DNA of 36,062 nucleotides from a virus (IMGVR_UViG_3300048575_000373:1-36062); one strand, 5' to 3'; positions 15,318 to 25,547 are shown, counted from the first letter of the stretch. Numbers and translations: made by a program. Notes: generated by a model from the letters alone, not told the origin.

Positions 15318-16655
15318 GTATAACTTTAAGAATGACTCCCGGTTGAATGTATGCCACTGGCCATTATAATAGATCACCATCGTGAACCCTTCATAATCTT
15401 CATGCATGAACTTTTGATACATCTGCCGGTATAGATCATTTTCGCTTATGTAGTCTTCTTTGTCTATGACCAACACAATGCCGTCCGCCTGATCATGGGC
15501 TTTGCTTATAGCCGTTTTAATGGTGGATTTGCCCGCCTTTTCTTCGGAAGGCACCTTTAAATCATAGTAGGTCCCATCTATCCTGTAATCAGGGTTATGG
15601 CCCCCTTTTACATTTGGTAGCAGTTTGCTTCGCAATGCCTTTTGTTGCGTCTGGGTTGTTTCAAGTATTGGCAGGATTTCAATTTTATCAGCCTTTATAA
15701 TTTTTGCATTGGCTACTTTACGGGCGTTGGTAAGGTTTTCCTGAAAATCGCTTTGGTAAAAGGATACAGGATGAGCGTACACATCGGTTCCGTTCTTACT
15801 GTCATATACATTTATATAAGGCAGGTCTGCCGCCATTTCAAAATCAACCACCGATTTAGTGTGCTTGATCAGCTCCTCTTTGGTAGCTTTTGGAACTGCC
15901 TTTGCATACTCGGTACTATCCAATTTGAATATTTCACCTGTCTTACCTGGGTTAAACTCAAATCCTTTTGCCGGCGCTTCCAGGTTATCCGGGATATCCG
16001 TAACGGCTTCGTCCGTAACCTCCCACCCGCATTTGCATCCCCAGGCATTGACCGGAAGTATCAGGCTCCATATCGGATCATCAATAGGCCTTATTATATT
16101 GTAGTAGGTTTGATGCTCTTCGCGCCTGTTAGCCGATACGCTGGGTAAATACTTAATATTGGGAAACAAATGTTTCGTTGTCAGAGCCTTTTGCCATTGG
16201 GCCGCGCTACGCGCCTGGCGCACGGCCGTATCGTACTGAACATCTAAATAGCGAACATTGTAATTCTCATCAACCTCCAGTGCCTTTTTACGGAATTCCT
16301 CTTTGCTTCTGCGCTTGCCGTTTTCATCCACCAGCAGCGCAGCCATTTCTTTTATTTGGGCATGATTTTTAAAAGCCGCGAAGGTGGCAACATTGTATTG
16401 CAGCTGCTTCAGAAATTCATAATTAGGCGTGCCAAATTCAGCCTTTATTCCAGCGGCGTTATAACCTTCGTTAACAGCTTCCTTCAATGGCTGGTAGGCC
16501 TGCTGAAACATTTTATTGCTTGTTCTGCCCTTCACCCTACCTTTATCTGCCAGCTGTTCTAATGCCTGATTAATCAGCTTACCCGTGTCCAGCTTTTTAG
16601 ACAGCTGTACCCTACGGCGTTCAGAATAGAAATATATTGTTTCGTAAGTACACAT
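15309..16655 (-). CDS. MuF (gp30) head morphogenesis protein with C-terminal PD-(D/E)xK toxin-like domain
   Basis: MuF motif RREEH...DDPIW...PVNAWGCKC; C-terminal NPDYRIDGTYYDLK...QADGIVLVI. Confidence 0.85.
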   Translation of the reverse strand: MCTYETIYFYSERRRVQLSKKLDTGKLINQALEQLADKGRVKGRTSNKMFQQAYQPLKEAVNEGYNAAGIKAEFGTPNYEFLKQLQYNVATFAAFKNHAQIKEMAALLVDENGKRRSKEEFRKKALEVDENYNVRYLDVQYDTAVRQARSAAQWQKALTTKHLFPNIKYLPSVSANRREEHQTYYNIIRPIDDPIWSLILPVNAWGCKCGWEVTDEAVTDIPDNLEAPAKGFEFNPGKTGEIFKLDSTEYAKAVPKATKEELIKHTKSVVDFEMAADLPYINVYDSKNGTDVYAHPVSFYQSDFQENLTNARKVANAKIIKADKIEILPILETTQTQQKALRSKLLPNVKGGHNPDYRIDGTYYDLKVPSEEKAGKSTIKTAISKAHDQADGIVLVIDKEDYISENDLYRQMYQKFMHEDYEGFTMVIYYNGQWHTFNRESFLKLYKK

Positions 16656-17881
16656 TAAGCAGTTGTTTTTTTCTTTTCTGCATCGGCCTGTTTGTTGTCT
16701 TCCGGCTTTTCTGCCTTTTCGTCTTCAGCGCCTGGCGCTGGCTTAGTCGAATCGAAATTTTCAACGGCCTTGCTTTGTGCTATTTTCTTTTTTCTCTCGG
16801 CAATCAGTACAGGATAATCAAACTTGTACCCTTCGGGTATTGGGAAGCCCTTTGCCCGCAGGTATGGGAATAGCTTATCATTGATTTCGTTGGCAACAAA
16901 ATCAAGACGGGTTAAAGTAATGTCTTCAAACTTCCGTTCCTGCACTTCAGCAGCGCCTACGAAGGATTTTTCGGAAGAGGTACCAACCTGGCCGTTAATT
17001 CCGATTTCGTTTTCTTCATTCGATAGTTTGATGCTATCCAGGAATATATCGTGGATTCGCTGTCCTTTGCGCTCTACTATATTGACTGTGTCCCCTTTTT
17101 GAGTAACCACGTACCCATCAGTGCCAAAATTCGCAGCCTGATTTTCGAGCCTGTCCAATTCATCATCATTATTGGTATCTGCTTCAATACTTAATAGCGG
17201 CATGCCGAACTTTTCGGACGTGCGGCTCCAGTCGCTACGGGAGTAATATTTCCAAATTGTATTGTAAGCTATGTAGTTCATCAGACCTAAATCTTCCCTG
17301 CTGTCGTAGAACTCAACTAAGTCTAAATCATTGCTTATGCCGTTATAATCTATATAGCTACCATTGATCTCTCCATCAATCAATACCCATGCTCTTTCTA
17401 TACTAATGTGTTCATGTGGGATTAGTTTTACTACCCCCATATTGCACTCTTTAGGGTCGATACCATCATACTCAATGACCGAAAAACCCATGAATTCAAC
17501 CCAGGCAGCATGCTTTATGCTTTGTGCCATCCACCTTTTGCGCATTTTCTTTGATAAGTCCTCTGCCGGGGTTCCATTTTCATCATAAATCATCCAGGGT
17601 TCTCCGGTAACTTTCATTACAGCATCCCGTATTTGCCCCCGTAGGCGCAAGTCTTTCAGCACATATCTATATATATCTATAAGCTTTCTCCGGCTGGGTT
17701 GATCAGGGTTAAGCGCCAACTGTTCTGCAAGCCGTATATCCCCGATTTGAAAAGAAACTTCCCGGCGATATTGTTTTTTAATTACATCACTGGCCCGCTT
17801 TTTTGCTCTTTCGCTTTTAGGGCTTAAAAATTGCCCTGTTTTATTTTTTCCAATAGAATACCCGAATATGTTAAATGCCAT
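16655..17881 (-). CDS. Portal protein (Mu gp29/DUF935-like)
   Basis: 408 aa; WSRTSEKFGMP and AEVQE motifs; directly upstream of MuF. Confidence 0.88.
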   Translation of the reverse strand: MAFNIFGYSIGKNKTGQFLSPKSERAKKRASDVIKKQYRREVSFQIGDIRLAEQLALNPDQPSRRKLIDIYRYVLKDLRLRGQIRDAVMKVTGEPWMIYDENGTPAEDLSKKMRKRWMAQSIKHAAWVEFMGFSVIEYDGIDPKECNMGVVKLIPHEHISIERAWVLIDGEINGSYIDYNGISNDLDLVEFYDSREDLGLMNYIAYNTIWKYYSRSDWSRTSEKFGMPLLSIEADTNNDDELDRLENQAANFGTDGYVVTQKGDTVNIVERKGQRIHDIFLDSIKLSNEENEIGINGQVGTSSEKSFVGAAEVQERKFEDITLTRLDFVANEINDKLFPYLRAKGFPIPEGYKFDYPVLIAERKKKIAQSKAVENFDSTKPAPGAEDEKAEKPEDNKQADAEKKKTTA

Positions 17882-17929
17882 GATTTTTGCCCGTTTAAAT
17901 GCGTTTAAATGAACGTTCTTTAATGTTTC

Positions 17930-18409
17930 TTAGATTCTATGACTGCGCTTTTTTGCTGATCCGATTCTGCGAAGCCCTATACCGGTAGTCCCGGCGTCTT
18001 CTTCACCTGGCTCGTTTCCATTGCCTTCCTGCTCCCTGGGTGGTAAATTCAATGGTTCTTTGCCCCGGCTGATCTCGTCAAGGCTTTTAAAGGCGTCATT
18101 ATAATTTTTAATAACCTTTTCCGGCACTTCGTAATCGTCTGCCCGCTGGTATATCTCGTATAACCCGATAGATATGGCCAACGCTAACAGGTAGCCGTTC
18201 CTGTTATTACCTGTTTTTTCAAATTCCGGCTCTACATTATATAATACACCTGCTTTTGTTGCGATGGTATCGCAGGCTATTTTATCAGCAGCTGCTAAAA
18301 TTTGTGCAGGTGCCAGGTTGCCTTCGCTGTTGGTGGCTATATTTTCAATCAGTATATCCAGCATATCAATGCGGATACGTATTTGATAATCGTTTTTTTG
18401 CAGGAACAT
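17930..18409 (-). CDS. Head-tail adaptor (Mu gp36/DUF1320-like)
   Basis: MFLQKNDY start; NYNDAFKSLDEISRGK motif. Confidence 0.8.
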   Translation of the reverse strand: MFLQKNDYQIRIRIDMLDILIENIATNSEGNLAPAQILAAADKIACDTIATKAGVLYNVEPEFEKTGNNRNGYLLALAISIGLYEIYQRADDYEVPEKVIKNYNDAFKSLDEISRGKEPLNLPPREQEGNGNEPGEEDAGTTGIGLRRIGSAKKRSHRI

Positions 18410-18425
18410 TATATTAAAGCAATTA

Positions 18426-18458
18426 GCATGGTGGCTATATATATAATAGCCACCATGC
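18426..18458. repeat. Perfect 13-bp inverted repeat
   Basis: GCATGGTGGCTAT-ATATATA-ATAGCCACCATGC between the amidase and adaptor genes. Confidence 0.75.
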
Positions 18459-18485
18459 AGGTGATTAGATTTAGTTGTTTGTAGC

Positions 18486-19022
18486 TCATTTGATCAGATC
18501 ATCATAAGCCATTAAAACAGCGGCGATGTTTTTAGCCAGTAACATAAAGTTGGTATCATAACGGGCCATATCTTCTTTGTTGTCTATAAAACATATTTCC
18601 AGCAGCCCGTTAATACCTGGCTCGTGAACGAATGCCAGTGAACCGCGGTGGCTGTCCTTTTCACTTTTGGCGCCTCGATTATTAATGCGCAATACACGGG
18701 ACGCGGCATCTGTTAAGCTTTTACAGAACCTTACCGACATAATGTCTGCATTGTCTTTATGTAAGGCCGTTGTGCCAGAAGCCTTGCCGGTTCCGGAAGC
18801 ATCAAAATGAATTTCCAGCACTACGCTTCCGTTTCCGGGCTTTATCCTGTTTAGGTATTGGCTTAAAGTTTCGTTGTCATTGTCGGTAAATACTTTGTAT
18901 TCCGGTTTAATAAAATTCAGAATTGCGTCTCTCAATTTTATTGTTTCTCCATTTTCTTTCCTTCCGTTGCTTACAGCACCACTGTCTTTTAAGTGGTGGC
19001 CCGCGCTTAAATAGATTGCCAT
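18486..19022 (-). CDS. N-acetylmuramoyl-L-alanine amidase (Amidase_3), endolysin
   Basis: IYLSAGH...D.GA...E, LEIHFDA, LLEICFIDN zinc-amidase motifs. Confidence 0.92.
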   Translation of the reverse strand: MAIYLSAGHHLKDSGAVSNGRKENGETIKLRDAILNFIKPEYKVFTDNDNETLSQYLNRIKPGNGSVVLEIHFDASGTGKASGTTALHKDNADIMSVRFCKSLTDAASRVLRINNRGAKSEKDSHRGSLAFVHEPGINGLLEICFIDNKEDMARYDTNFMLLAKNIAAVLMAYDDLIK

Positions 19023-19044
19023 ATTATTAGTTTTTGGTTTACAA

Positions 19045-20577
19045 TTACATGCCCCTGGCTTTGTTTTTATTCATTTTGCCGGATCGGGTTTTCCCTGATC
19101 TGCGTTTTGTATTACGGTCGGCCATCCATATTGCACCCTCTAAGGCATCGGGGCCGTCATCGTTTATTCGACTTCCTTTTTGGAACGCCAATATTTGAGC
19201 ACGTAGCAATTTCATACCGGCATCTGCTTTTTTGTGTATGTTGAACCGGATGTACCCGCGTTGGAAAAGTGATTGCATAGTCATGATACGCGCATGTTTA
19301 TCTCCTTTATCGCGCCGGTCGAAAAGGATACGCAAGGCGCGCCCCTGCTCTTCCTCTACCATTTCCAAATCGCGCTTGTGTACATCTTCCTGTATGAAGT
19401 TGGATTCCATGCAGTGCTGAATGATAGAATAGTCTTCATTTTCTTCATCAATGCGGAACGCATGTTCCCACATATTTTTAGAGGTGGTTTTTTGGCCCCA
19501 TGCATTGAGTATATCATACTTTAATCCCTTTTTACCAAGTAATACCCAAAACTTATAGTCGCTTTTTTCAGTGCTTTTATAAGAAGGGTCCAAGTAGTGT
19601 ATGATTTGGCTATCATATTCATTAAATGGCAATGGGTCGACCCACTCATTTAGCCATTCGGCTTTGAAGTCTGCGCCTTCCTCGAAAGGTATTTGCATAC
19701 GTTCCCGGATAAAGTCTGCGCCTTCAGTTCTTTCGAGTTTGGCAATCGCCTCATTTGAAAAGTCGGGATTTTCCGGCCAGTTAGTATTGCCGTGTTCGTT
19801 TTTCATTTTAATATGAAAAACCTTTGTTTCTATTTCAACATCATCTTCTAATAGTGATGTTACTGCATTGTCGTGAAACTTATTTTGCGCAACTACCAGC
19901 CACCATTCGCGGGTCCATAACGCTGGTTTAAATTCGGCCGTTACCCAACGTTTATCTGCCAGCGCTATTTCTTCGTTGTTTAAATACCTTGCTTCGTTTA
20001 AGTCGTCAATTAAACCATAGTTGGGACGCTTCCATTGAAACCGGGTACCGCGGGGTGATTGCTTTTTGCCAAAAGCATAAAAGCCTATATTATCTTTTGT
20101 TTTAAAGGCGCCGTCTTCCCAATTGCCAAAACTGAATTGCGGACCAAAGTCATTAATTATTCGCTGGTTACTCATTAAGTTAGCCTGTATGTCGGCAAGC
20201 CTTTCCGCCGCCAGCGCTTCATTTAAACTGCCAAGCATCATACCGGTTAAGCGTCCATTGAATTTTATAAAAAGCGGAATAATTAAACCGAATACAACAG
20301 ACTTCCCAAATTGCCTGAACATTTGGGCTAATAATATATTATTCGGGTTTTGGAATACCCAATTCATCAGCTCTATGTGATGTACGGAAAAAGGGGAATA
20401 CAGATAATCACCAAAATAATAGTATCCAAATTTCACAGGACAGCTTAGCAAATCCGCAATTCGCTTGCGTTTGTCTCCGGCGCTCTCATTTTTATCAACA
20501 GGGTTACTGGAGGCTATTATCTCTAATAGCTCCTGAAAATCTATGATCAGCTTCTTATCGCCAGGACTATGAATCAT
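19045..20577 (-). CDS. terL: Terminase large subunit
   Basis: Walker A FRQFGKS, PRG, LIDD, nuclease YLDPS and DDGPDALEGA; ATG at 20577 preferred. Confidence 0.92.
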   Translation of the reverse strand: MIHSPGDKKLIIDFQELLEIIASSNPVDKNESAGDKRKRIADLLSCPVKFGYYYFGDYLYSPFSVHHIELMNWVFQNPNNILLAQMFRQFGKSVVFGLIIPLFIKFNGRLTGMMLGSLNEALAAERLADIQANLMSNQRIINDFGPQFSFGNWEDGAFKTKDNIGFYAFGKKQSPRGTRFQWKRPNYGLIDDLNEARYLNNEEIALADKRWVTAEFKPALWTREWWLVVAQNKFHDNAVTSLLEDDVEIETKVFHIKMKNEHGNTNWPENPDFSNEAIAKLERTEGADFIRERMQIPFEEGADFKAEWLNEWVDPLPFNEYDSQIIHYLDPSYKSTEKSDYKFWVLLGKKGLKYDILNAWGQKTTSKNMWEHAFRIDEENEDYSIIQHCMESNFIQEDVHKRDLEMVEEEQGRALRILFDRRDKGDKHARIMTMQSLFQRGYIRFNIHKKADAGMKLLRAQILAFQKGSRINDDGPDALEGAIWMADRNTKRRSGKTRSGKMNKNKARGM

Positions 20578-21019
20578 TGCGCAACTCCTTTTGTTTTTCC
20601 TGTAAAAACTCAAACATGTCCGGCGCTAATATTTTAGCGTGTTCCAGGTTAGCCTTCATTAGCCATTCGGCAAACTCTTTTAAAATAGAGTGATAGTTTG
20701 ACAGGTTGTACTTTTTACGTAATGCATTAATGGCATTGGTTATTTTTATAACCTGGTCGGTTTCTGCGCTATCCAACGGTCGCTTATCTGTCGCCGCGTT
20801 TTTGTTAATTAATGCAAGATTCCTGTAGTAATCCCGTATTAATTTAGGTACAGTTACTTCATTGGCCGACTTATCTAAATCCCAATCCCCCTCCTTTATC
20901 CATTTCCCTAATTGTTGTGGCGAAACGCCTACTACTTTGCATATTTCTCCCTTTTGCAGATTGGTATTGCAGTATAATTCATAAGCATCCTGGTACTCCT
21001 TTTCCTTCTTTTTGCCCAT
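20567..21019 (-). CDS. terS: Terminase small subunit (HTH)
   Basis: QKGEICKVVGVSPQQLGKWIKEGDW HTH; immediately upstream of terL. Confidence 0.75.
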   Translation of the reverse strand: MGKKKEKEYQDAYELYCNTNLQKGEICKVVGVSPQQLGKWIKEGDWDLDKSANEVTVPKLIRDYYRNLALINKNAATDKRPLDSAETDQVIKITNAINALRKKYNLSNYHSILKEFAEWLMKANLEHAKILAPDMFEFLQEKQKELRNDS

Positions 21020-21038
21020 TTGCAGTTTTGGTTTAGGG

Positions 21039-21171
21039 CAAAGTTCTTACATCATTTACCCCTATTGAAATCATCGTTTCATCATGGTAAGAAAATCTTA
21101 CCATGATGGTTAAAATCCTTTACCATAAAGGATTTTCGATTTTTTAAGCCTGAAAATCCATCTGAATTTTG
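21039..21171. promoter_or_regulatory. Divergent late promoter region with central palindromes
   Basis: GAACTTTG (minus, 21039-46) and GAATTTTG (plus, 21164-71) flank a 13-bp palindrome at 21080-21108 and a 10-bp palindrome at 21112-21136. Confidence 0.6.
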
Positions 21172-21213
21172 TGTTTCAAATCGCAGATAAAGCGGCAACC
21201 AAAAAATAACTGA

Positions 21214-22176
21214 ATGGCGTTCAAGAAAGATTATATCGTAAGTACAGAAGATGTGAACACGTATGGTTATTGGACGCGTACGGATGGAATAGATATAACT
21301 ACTGCTGTAAATAATTGCCCGGCTTATGTTGACCATGTGTATTGGGAATTGCCTATTGGACACTGGGAAAATATACGCAAAGAAGGCGGCGTATTAAAGG
21401 CCACGCTGATAATAGAAGGTGCGAACGATAGGGAACGAGAAGTGATCCGCAAAATTGAAAATGGTGATTTAAAAGGCGTGTCTATTGGGGCTGATCCTAA
21501 AGCGTGGGACGAAGAGCCGCTGCAATTAAAAGCAGGGCAAAAAAGGCCAACACTTTCAAAATGTGAGCTATTTGAAATGTCTGTAACTGCTTTACCTGCA
21601 AATAAAAATTCGCTGTGCCTGAAAAAAGAGGGCCAGCCGATAAAGCTTAACTCTACTAATGTAGATCAAATTATTCCTGACTTAAAACCAAAAATTGATA
21701 TGGAGAAAATAGCGCTGGCCCTGGGCCTTAGCAAAGATGCTACGGAAGCACAAATATTATCGGCCATTGATGCCAATAAACTGACAAACGAAACAGCGGC
21801 CATCCTAACCAGGGAAATGCTGGATAAGGCCAGTGAAGGGCTGGGCGAAAAAGAAAAAGCTGTATTTGTTACACTAAGTAAAGTGAATGTAAAGCAGGCG
21901 TTGGATTATTCAGATAGCATTAAGGCGCTGTCTGCTGCTGAAACCATTAATCCCGAAACGCCCGTAAATCTGCAAAGAGACGTTAAAGTATCCGATTTGA
22001 TAAAGCAAGGTAAAAACGTACAGGCAGAAACGGCGGAAGGTAAGGAGAGCTTTGACTATTTAAGCAAATACAACCCAACAGAGCTTAGCCGGATCAGGCA
22101 GGAAGAACCCGAAAAATATGCAAAGCTTACACGTGAATACAAGAAGGGAGTTAGATATACTGCCAAAACTGCTTAA
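21214..22176 (+). CDS. Prohead protease/scaffold protein
   Basis: YVDH...PIGHW, LKGVSIG, LFEMSVTALPAN; helical scaffold-like C-terminal half. Confidence 0.87.
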   Translation: MAFKKDYIVSTEDVNTYGYWTRTDGIDITTAVNNCPAYVDHVYWELPIGHWENIRKEGGVLKATLIIEGANDREREVIRKIENGDLKGVSIGADPKAWDEEPLQLKAGQKRPTLSKCELFEMSVTALPANKNSLCLKKEGQPIKLNSTNVDQIIPDLKPKIDMEKIALALGLSKDATEAQILSAIDANKLTNETAAILTREMLDKASEGLGEKEKAVFVTLSKVNVKQALDYSDSIKALSAAETINPETPVNLQRDVKVSDLIKQGKNVQAETAEGKESFDYLSKYNPTELSRIRQEEPEKYAKLTREYKKGVRYTAKTA

Positions 22177-22263
22177 CTCATAAAAACCACAGAGAGGGCC
22201 TCCCGAACTGATTCAAGGGAGGGAGGCCATATTAAACCAAAACTAACTTTTCAATTTTTCAAG

Positions 22264-23271
22264 ATGAAAAAAACAAACACAAAATTATTATTGAACGTAT
22301 TGTTCAACTGCTTTATAGGTATTTTATTTGCAACCCTGTTGGGAGTTAACCCTATTGTTGGCGCTGTCGCGCTGAATGCTGTCGGGATGGCAGTGTATGA
22401 GATTAATAAAACAGGGGACGCTTTTTTTGTTGGCCTGGCACAAGAGGTTTGGCTCCCATTAGTAATGGAAGACCCTTATCCGGCTGCCAGCTTTTTAAAT
22501 GCGGCGACTGATATGAGCTCACTTGTTGATAATGATAAAATTAATTTTCAAGAAGCTGGCGTAGACCCAGATGTGTTGGTTGATAATGCAGTATATCCTG
22601 TACCTATTGTTGATGTGAGCGACACGCCCAAAGAGGTAACGCTAAAAACCTATGATACAAAAAACTCTGTGGTTCGTAATGCGGTAGCCATAGAGCTGGC
22701 ATACGATCAGCGTGCTTTATACGCTAATAAGCATAAAAAAGCCCTGGCTAAAAAACTGGGCATGGACGCCGCCTATATGTATGCTCCGGCCAGCGCTGAT
22801 GGTGCTAAAAATAACTTTGTGTTCAACCTTGGTGCCAATGATAGTATTATTGATGCCATCATTGATCTGCAACGTTCTTTCCTGAACGCAGACATGATAG
22901 ACGATTTAAATCTGGTTCTATCGCCCAACCACACGGCTAAGCTTAGCAAGGAAGATAAAGAGCTGTACAAATTTATAATCGCTAAGCCCGGAGAAAGCAT
23001 GTATGATTTTAAACTTTGGAGATACTCGAAAAACCCGCATTACATCGCTGCTACCGGAGTTAAAGCCGCGTATGGTGCTGCCTTTGTAGAAGGCACGCAT
23101 AAGTATAGCAGCTTTGCCTTTGTGGGTAGTGAAGTAATGGTAGCGGATGGCAGCGCGGAAATGTTTAGCCGCCTGAAAGACCCTGAAGCTCGGGGCGATA
23201 TATTCGGTTTCCAAAAAAGAGCATTAGCAACTACGTTGCGCGGTAAGTTTAGCGGAGCAATTCTACAATAA
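22264..23271 (+). CDS. Major capsid protein with hydrophobic N-terminal leader
   Basis: 335 aa, follows the protease; GLAQEVW, GVDPDVLVDN.VYP, LAYDQR motifs. Confidence 0.8.
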   Translation: MKKTNTKLLLNVLFNCFIGILFATLLGVNPIVGAVALNAVGMAVYEINKTGDAFFVGLAQEVWLPLVMEDPYPAASFLNAATDMSSLVDNDKINFQEAGVDPDVLVDNAVYPVPIVDVSDTPKEVTLKTYDTKNSVVRNAVAIELAYDQRALYANKHKKALAKKLGMDAAYMYAPASADGAKNNFVFNLGANDSIIDAIIDLQRSFLNADMIDDLNLVLSPNHTAKLSKEDKELYKFIIAKPGESMYDFKLWRYSKNPHYIAATGVKAAYGAAFVEGTHKYSSFAFVGSEVMVADGSAEMFSRLKDPEARGDIFGFQKRALATTLRGKFSGAILQ

Positions 23272-23421
23272 ATCAACCTGGGGGTTTGATTGGCCAAAAC
23301 TAACGGGCATGGGGCTGTTATATACAGCAGCCCCCGCCCTTCCGCTAAAAATAAAATGCCACAAACTGCCCTTAAGCGACCTGTTTAAACTGCATTTAAA
23401 TCCCCTTAAAACCGTAGTAAA

Positions 23422-23835
23422 ATGTCAAAATCTACCAAAAAAAATACAGCGAATCCCGCGCCCGTAAAGGCTCCCATTGTTACCGATGAGGAAATAAACA
23501 GCTATGATGAGGAACTAAATAAACGCATTGATTCCAAACAACCCGAAGGCGGCACGCCGCCCGAAGAGGTAAAAACCACAGAAGATGAAACGACTGGAAC
23601 AGAAAACCCAAATAGCCAGGATGATCAGGAAACTGATCAAACATCTGATGAAGCTGCTGAAGATCAGTTGAGCGATGACGCTTTAGGCGTATTGGCTGAT
23701 TATGTAAAGGCTTATCCCGATAATGATGTATTCCACATTACCAGCGATGGGCAAGTATTTCTTGATCGCAATAAGATAGATGCGGTCAGTCATGCCAAGA
23801 CGTTGGACGGCAAGCTGAAAAGTTATACTGTATAA
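23422..23835 (+). CDS. Acidic hypothetical protein
   Basis: Low-complexity acidic middle; C-terminal FHITSDGQVF. Confidence 0.7.
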   Translation: MSKSTKKNTANPAPVKAPIVTDEEINSYDEELNKRIDSKQPEGGTPPEEVKTTEDETTGTENPNSQDDQETDQTSDEAAEDQLSDDALGVLADYVKAYPDNDVFHITSDGQVFLDRNKIDAVSHAKTLDGKLKSYTV

Positions 23836-23909
23836 TCTACGATTCTTTTTTTTTAGCATAAAACCAATAGCCCGCTACCAACCGGCGCGGGTTGTAAACC
23901 AAAACTACA

Positions 23910-25085
23910 ATGGGCATTAACATAGAAAGAGCTGAAGGGCAATTGGGCCGAACCACACCAACGGAAGACGCTGTTGTTTGTCTTGTTCTTAGCGGCGTTG
24001 CCGTCGCTGGTAAAATAGCACTTAGCGAACCGAAGCAAATATTTTCAAGCGATGCGCTTATTGATTTAGGCATTACCGAGCTTAATAACCCGACGGCCTA
24101 CCGTGATATAAAAGATTTCTACGGCAAGGCTGGCGAAGGTGCTGAACTTAATTTCATGCTGGTAAATGATACGACTACGCTTACCAACATCTGCGATGTA
24201 ACGAACGATATCGCAAAAAAAATGCTGACTTTTACGCAGGACCGCGGCGTGATACTTCTTGTTAACCGCAAGCCAGCCGAAGGCTATACGCCAACGATAA
24301 CCAATGGCTGGGACGCCGATGTAACCAGCGCAATGACCAAGCTTAACGAAATGGCCGTGCAGTATCAGGCAAAAAATGCACCATTTGTAGGCATACTGCC
24401 CGCGCTGGGATTTGATACTACTAAAATTGCGGAGATGCCTTTGCGCAGTACATTAACTTTAGATAATGTGGCTTTGGCTACTACATGCGAAAAGGCCGAC
24501 GGGCATATAAGCATAGGTGCGCTGGCCGGATGGTTGGTAAAGCACCAGGTTAGTGAAAACTTTAGCAGGATCGCCAGTGGCCCTGTATTTGATACGGCTT
24601 ATTTCCCTGACATGGTACCCGCCCTGAATCTAAAAAATAGCTGGGAGGTTATGAATAACAAAGGCTTTATCTACCTGTATAAAGAGCCGGGCAAGCAGGG
24701 GTATTTCTTCAACGATGATAATACGATGACCAGTACGAGCAGCGACTATAGTTCTATAAGTTGGAACCGTACCATTAACAAAGCGCATCGTATTACATAT
24801 ACTACGCTTGTGGAAAAGCTGCGCGATGACGTAGACCTGAACCCAACTACCGGTAAGGTAGAAACCTCTTTATTAAGCGACTGGGAAAGCGATGTTGAAA
24901 ATGACATAAGTGCTAATATGGTTAATACCGGTGTGCAAAGAAAGCCGGAAATCAGCGGCGTGAAATGCACGATAGACACCGATAGTGATATCATTAATGA
25001 TAAAATGGATGCATCCCTCGATATCGTAAGACGTGGGCAGGTTAAGACTTTCAATGTCAAGATCGGATACGTGCGATCTATTTAA
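23910..25085 (+). CDS. Tail sheath protein (DUF2586-like)
   Basis: 391 aa; GYFFNDD...SDYSSI...RTINKA motif; precedes the tube gene. Confidence 0.85.
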   Translation: MGINIERAEGQLGRTTPTEDAVVCLVLSGVAVAGKIALSEPKQIFSSDALIDLGITELNNPTAYRDIKDFYGKAGEGAELNFMLVNDTTTLTNICDVTNDIAKKMLTFTQDRGVILLVNRKPAEGYTPTITNGWDADVTSAMTKLNEMAVQYQAKNAPFVGILPALGFDTTKIAEMPLRSTLTLDNVALATTCEKADGHISIGALAGWLVKHQVSENFSRIASGPVFDTAYFPDMVPALNLKNSWEVMNNKGFIYLYKEPGKQGYFFNDDNTMTSTSSDYSSISWNRTINKAHRITYTTLVEKLRDDVDLNPTTGKVETSLLSDWESDVENDISANMVNTGVQRKPEISGVKCTIDTDSDIINDKMDASLDIVRRGQVKTFNVKIGYVRSI

Positions 25086-25133
25086 GGGTTCTGCTTCTCC
25101 CTTTTTTATAACTAACAACTAAAACTAACTCTT

Positions 25134-25547
25134 ATGAGTGTTAATACTACTGAATTTTCGTGGAGTGATATTACCGTAACTGCTATGGGCCGCACGTTTG
25201 AGCGCATATTAGCGATTGAATATGACGTAGAGGTGGAGAAAAAACAGATATATGGCCGCGGCAAAAAAGTGAAAGGCATTCAGCGGCAAAATGAAAAGCC
25301 AGCCGGCAAGCTGACGTTAGGGCAAAGCGAACTGGAGGCAATGATCTCCGCTTCTCCTAATGGTAAAGTAACAGACCTGGTCATGGACATACAGGTGCAT
25401 TACCTGGATGCTGACAAAGGGGCGATAGTAAGGGATCGTATTGTTGGCGCCGAGTTCACTAAAGCGCCAAAGAGCATAAAGCAAGGCGATAGTGATATGG
25501 AGATTTCCCTTGAATTTATTGCGATGGACATTCTCTATAACATCTAA
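25134..25547 (+). CDS. Tail tube protein
   Basis: EFSWSDI...IYGRG motif, 137 aa. Confidence 0.82.
   Translation: MSVNTTEFSWSDITVTAMGRTFERILAIEYDVEVEKKQIYGRGKKVKGIQRQNEKPAGKLTLGQSELEAMISASPNGKVTDLVMDIQVHYLDADKGAIVRDRIVGAEFTKAPKSIKQGDSDMEISLEFIAMDILYNI

Noticed and set aside
22197-23340. Hairpins flanking the capsid gene (about 22197-22229 and 23311-23334)
   Set aside because: They look like ordinary mRNA-stabilising or attenuating stems and share no motif with the other elements.
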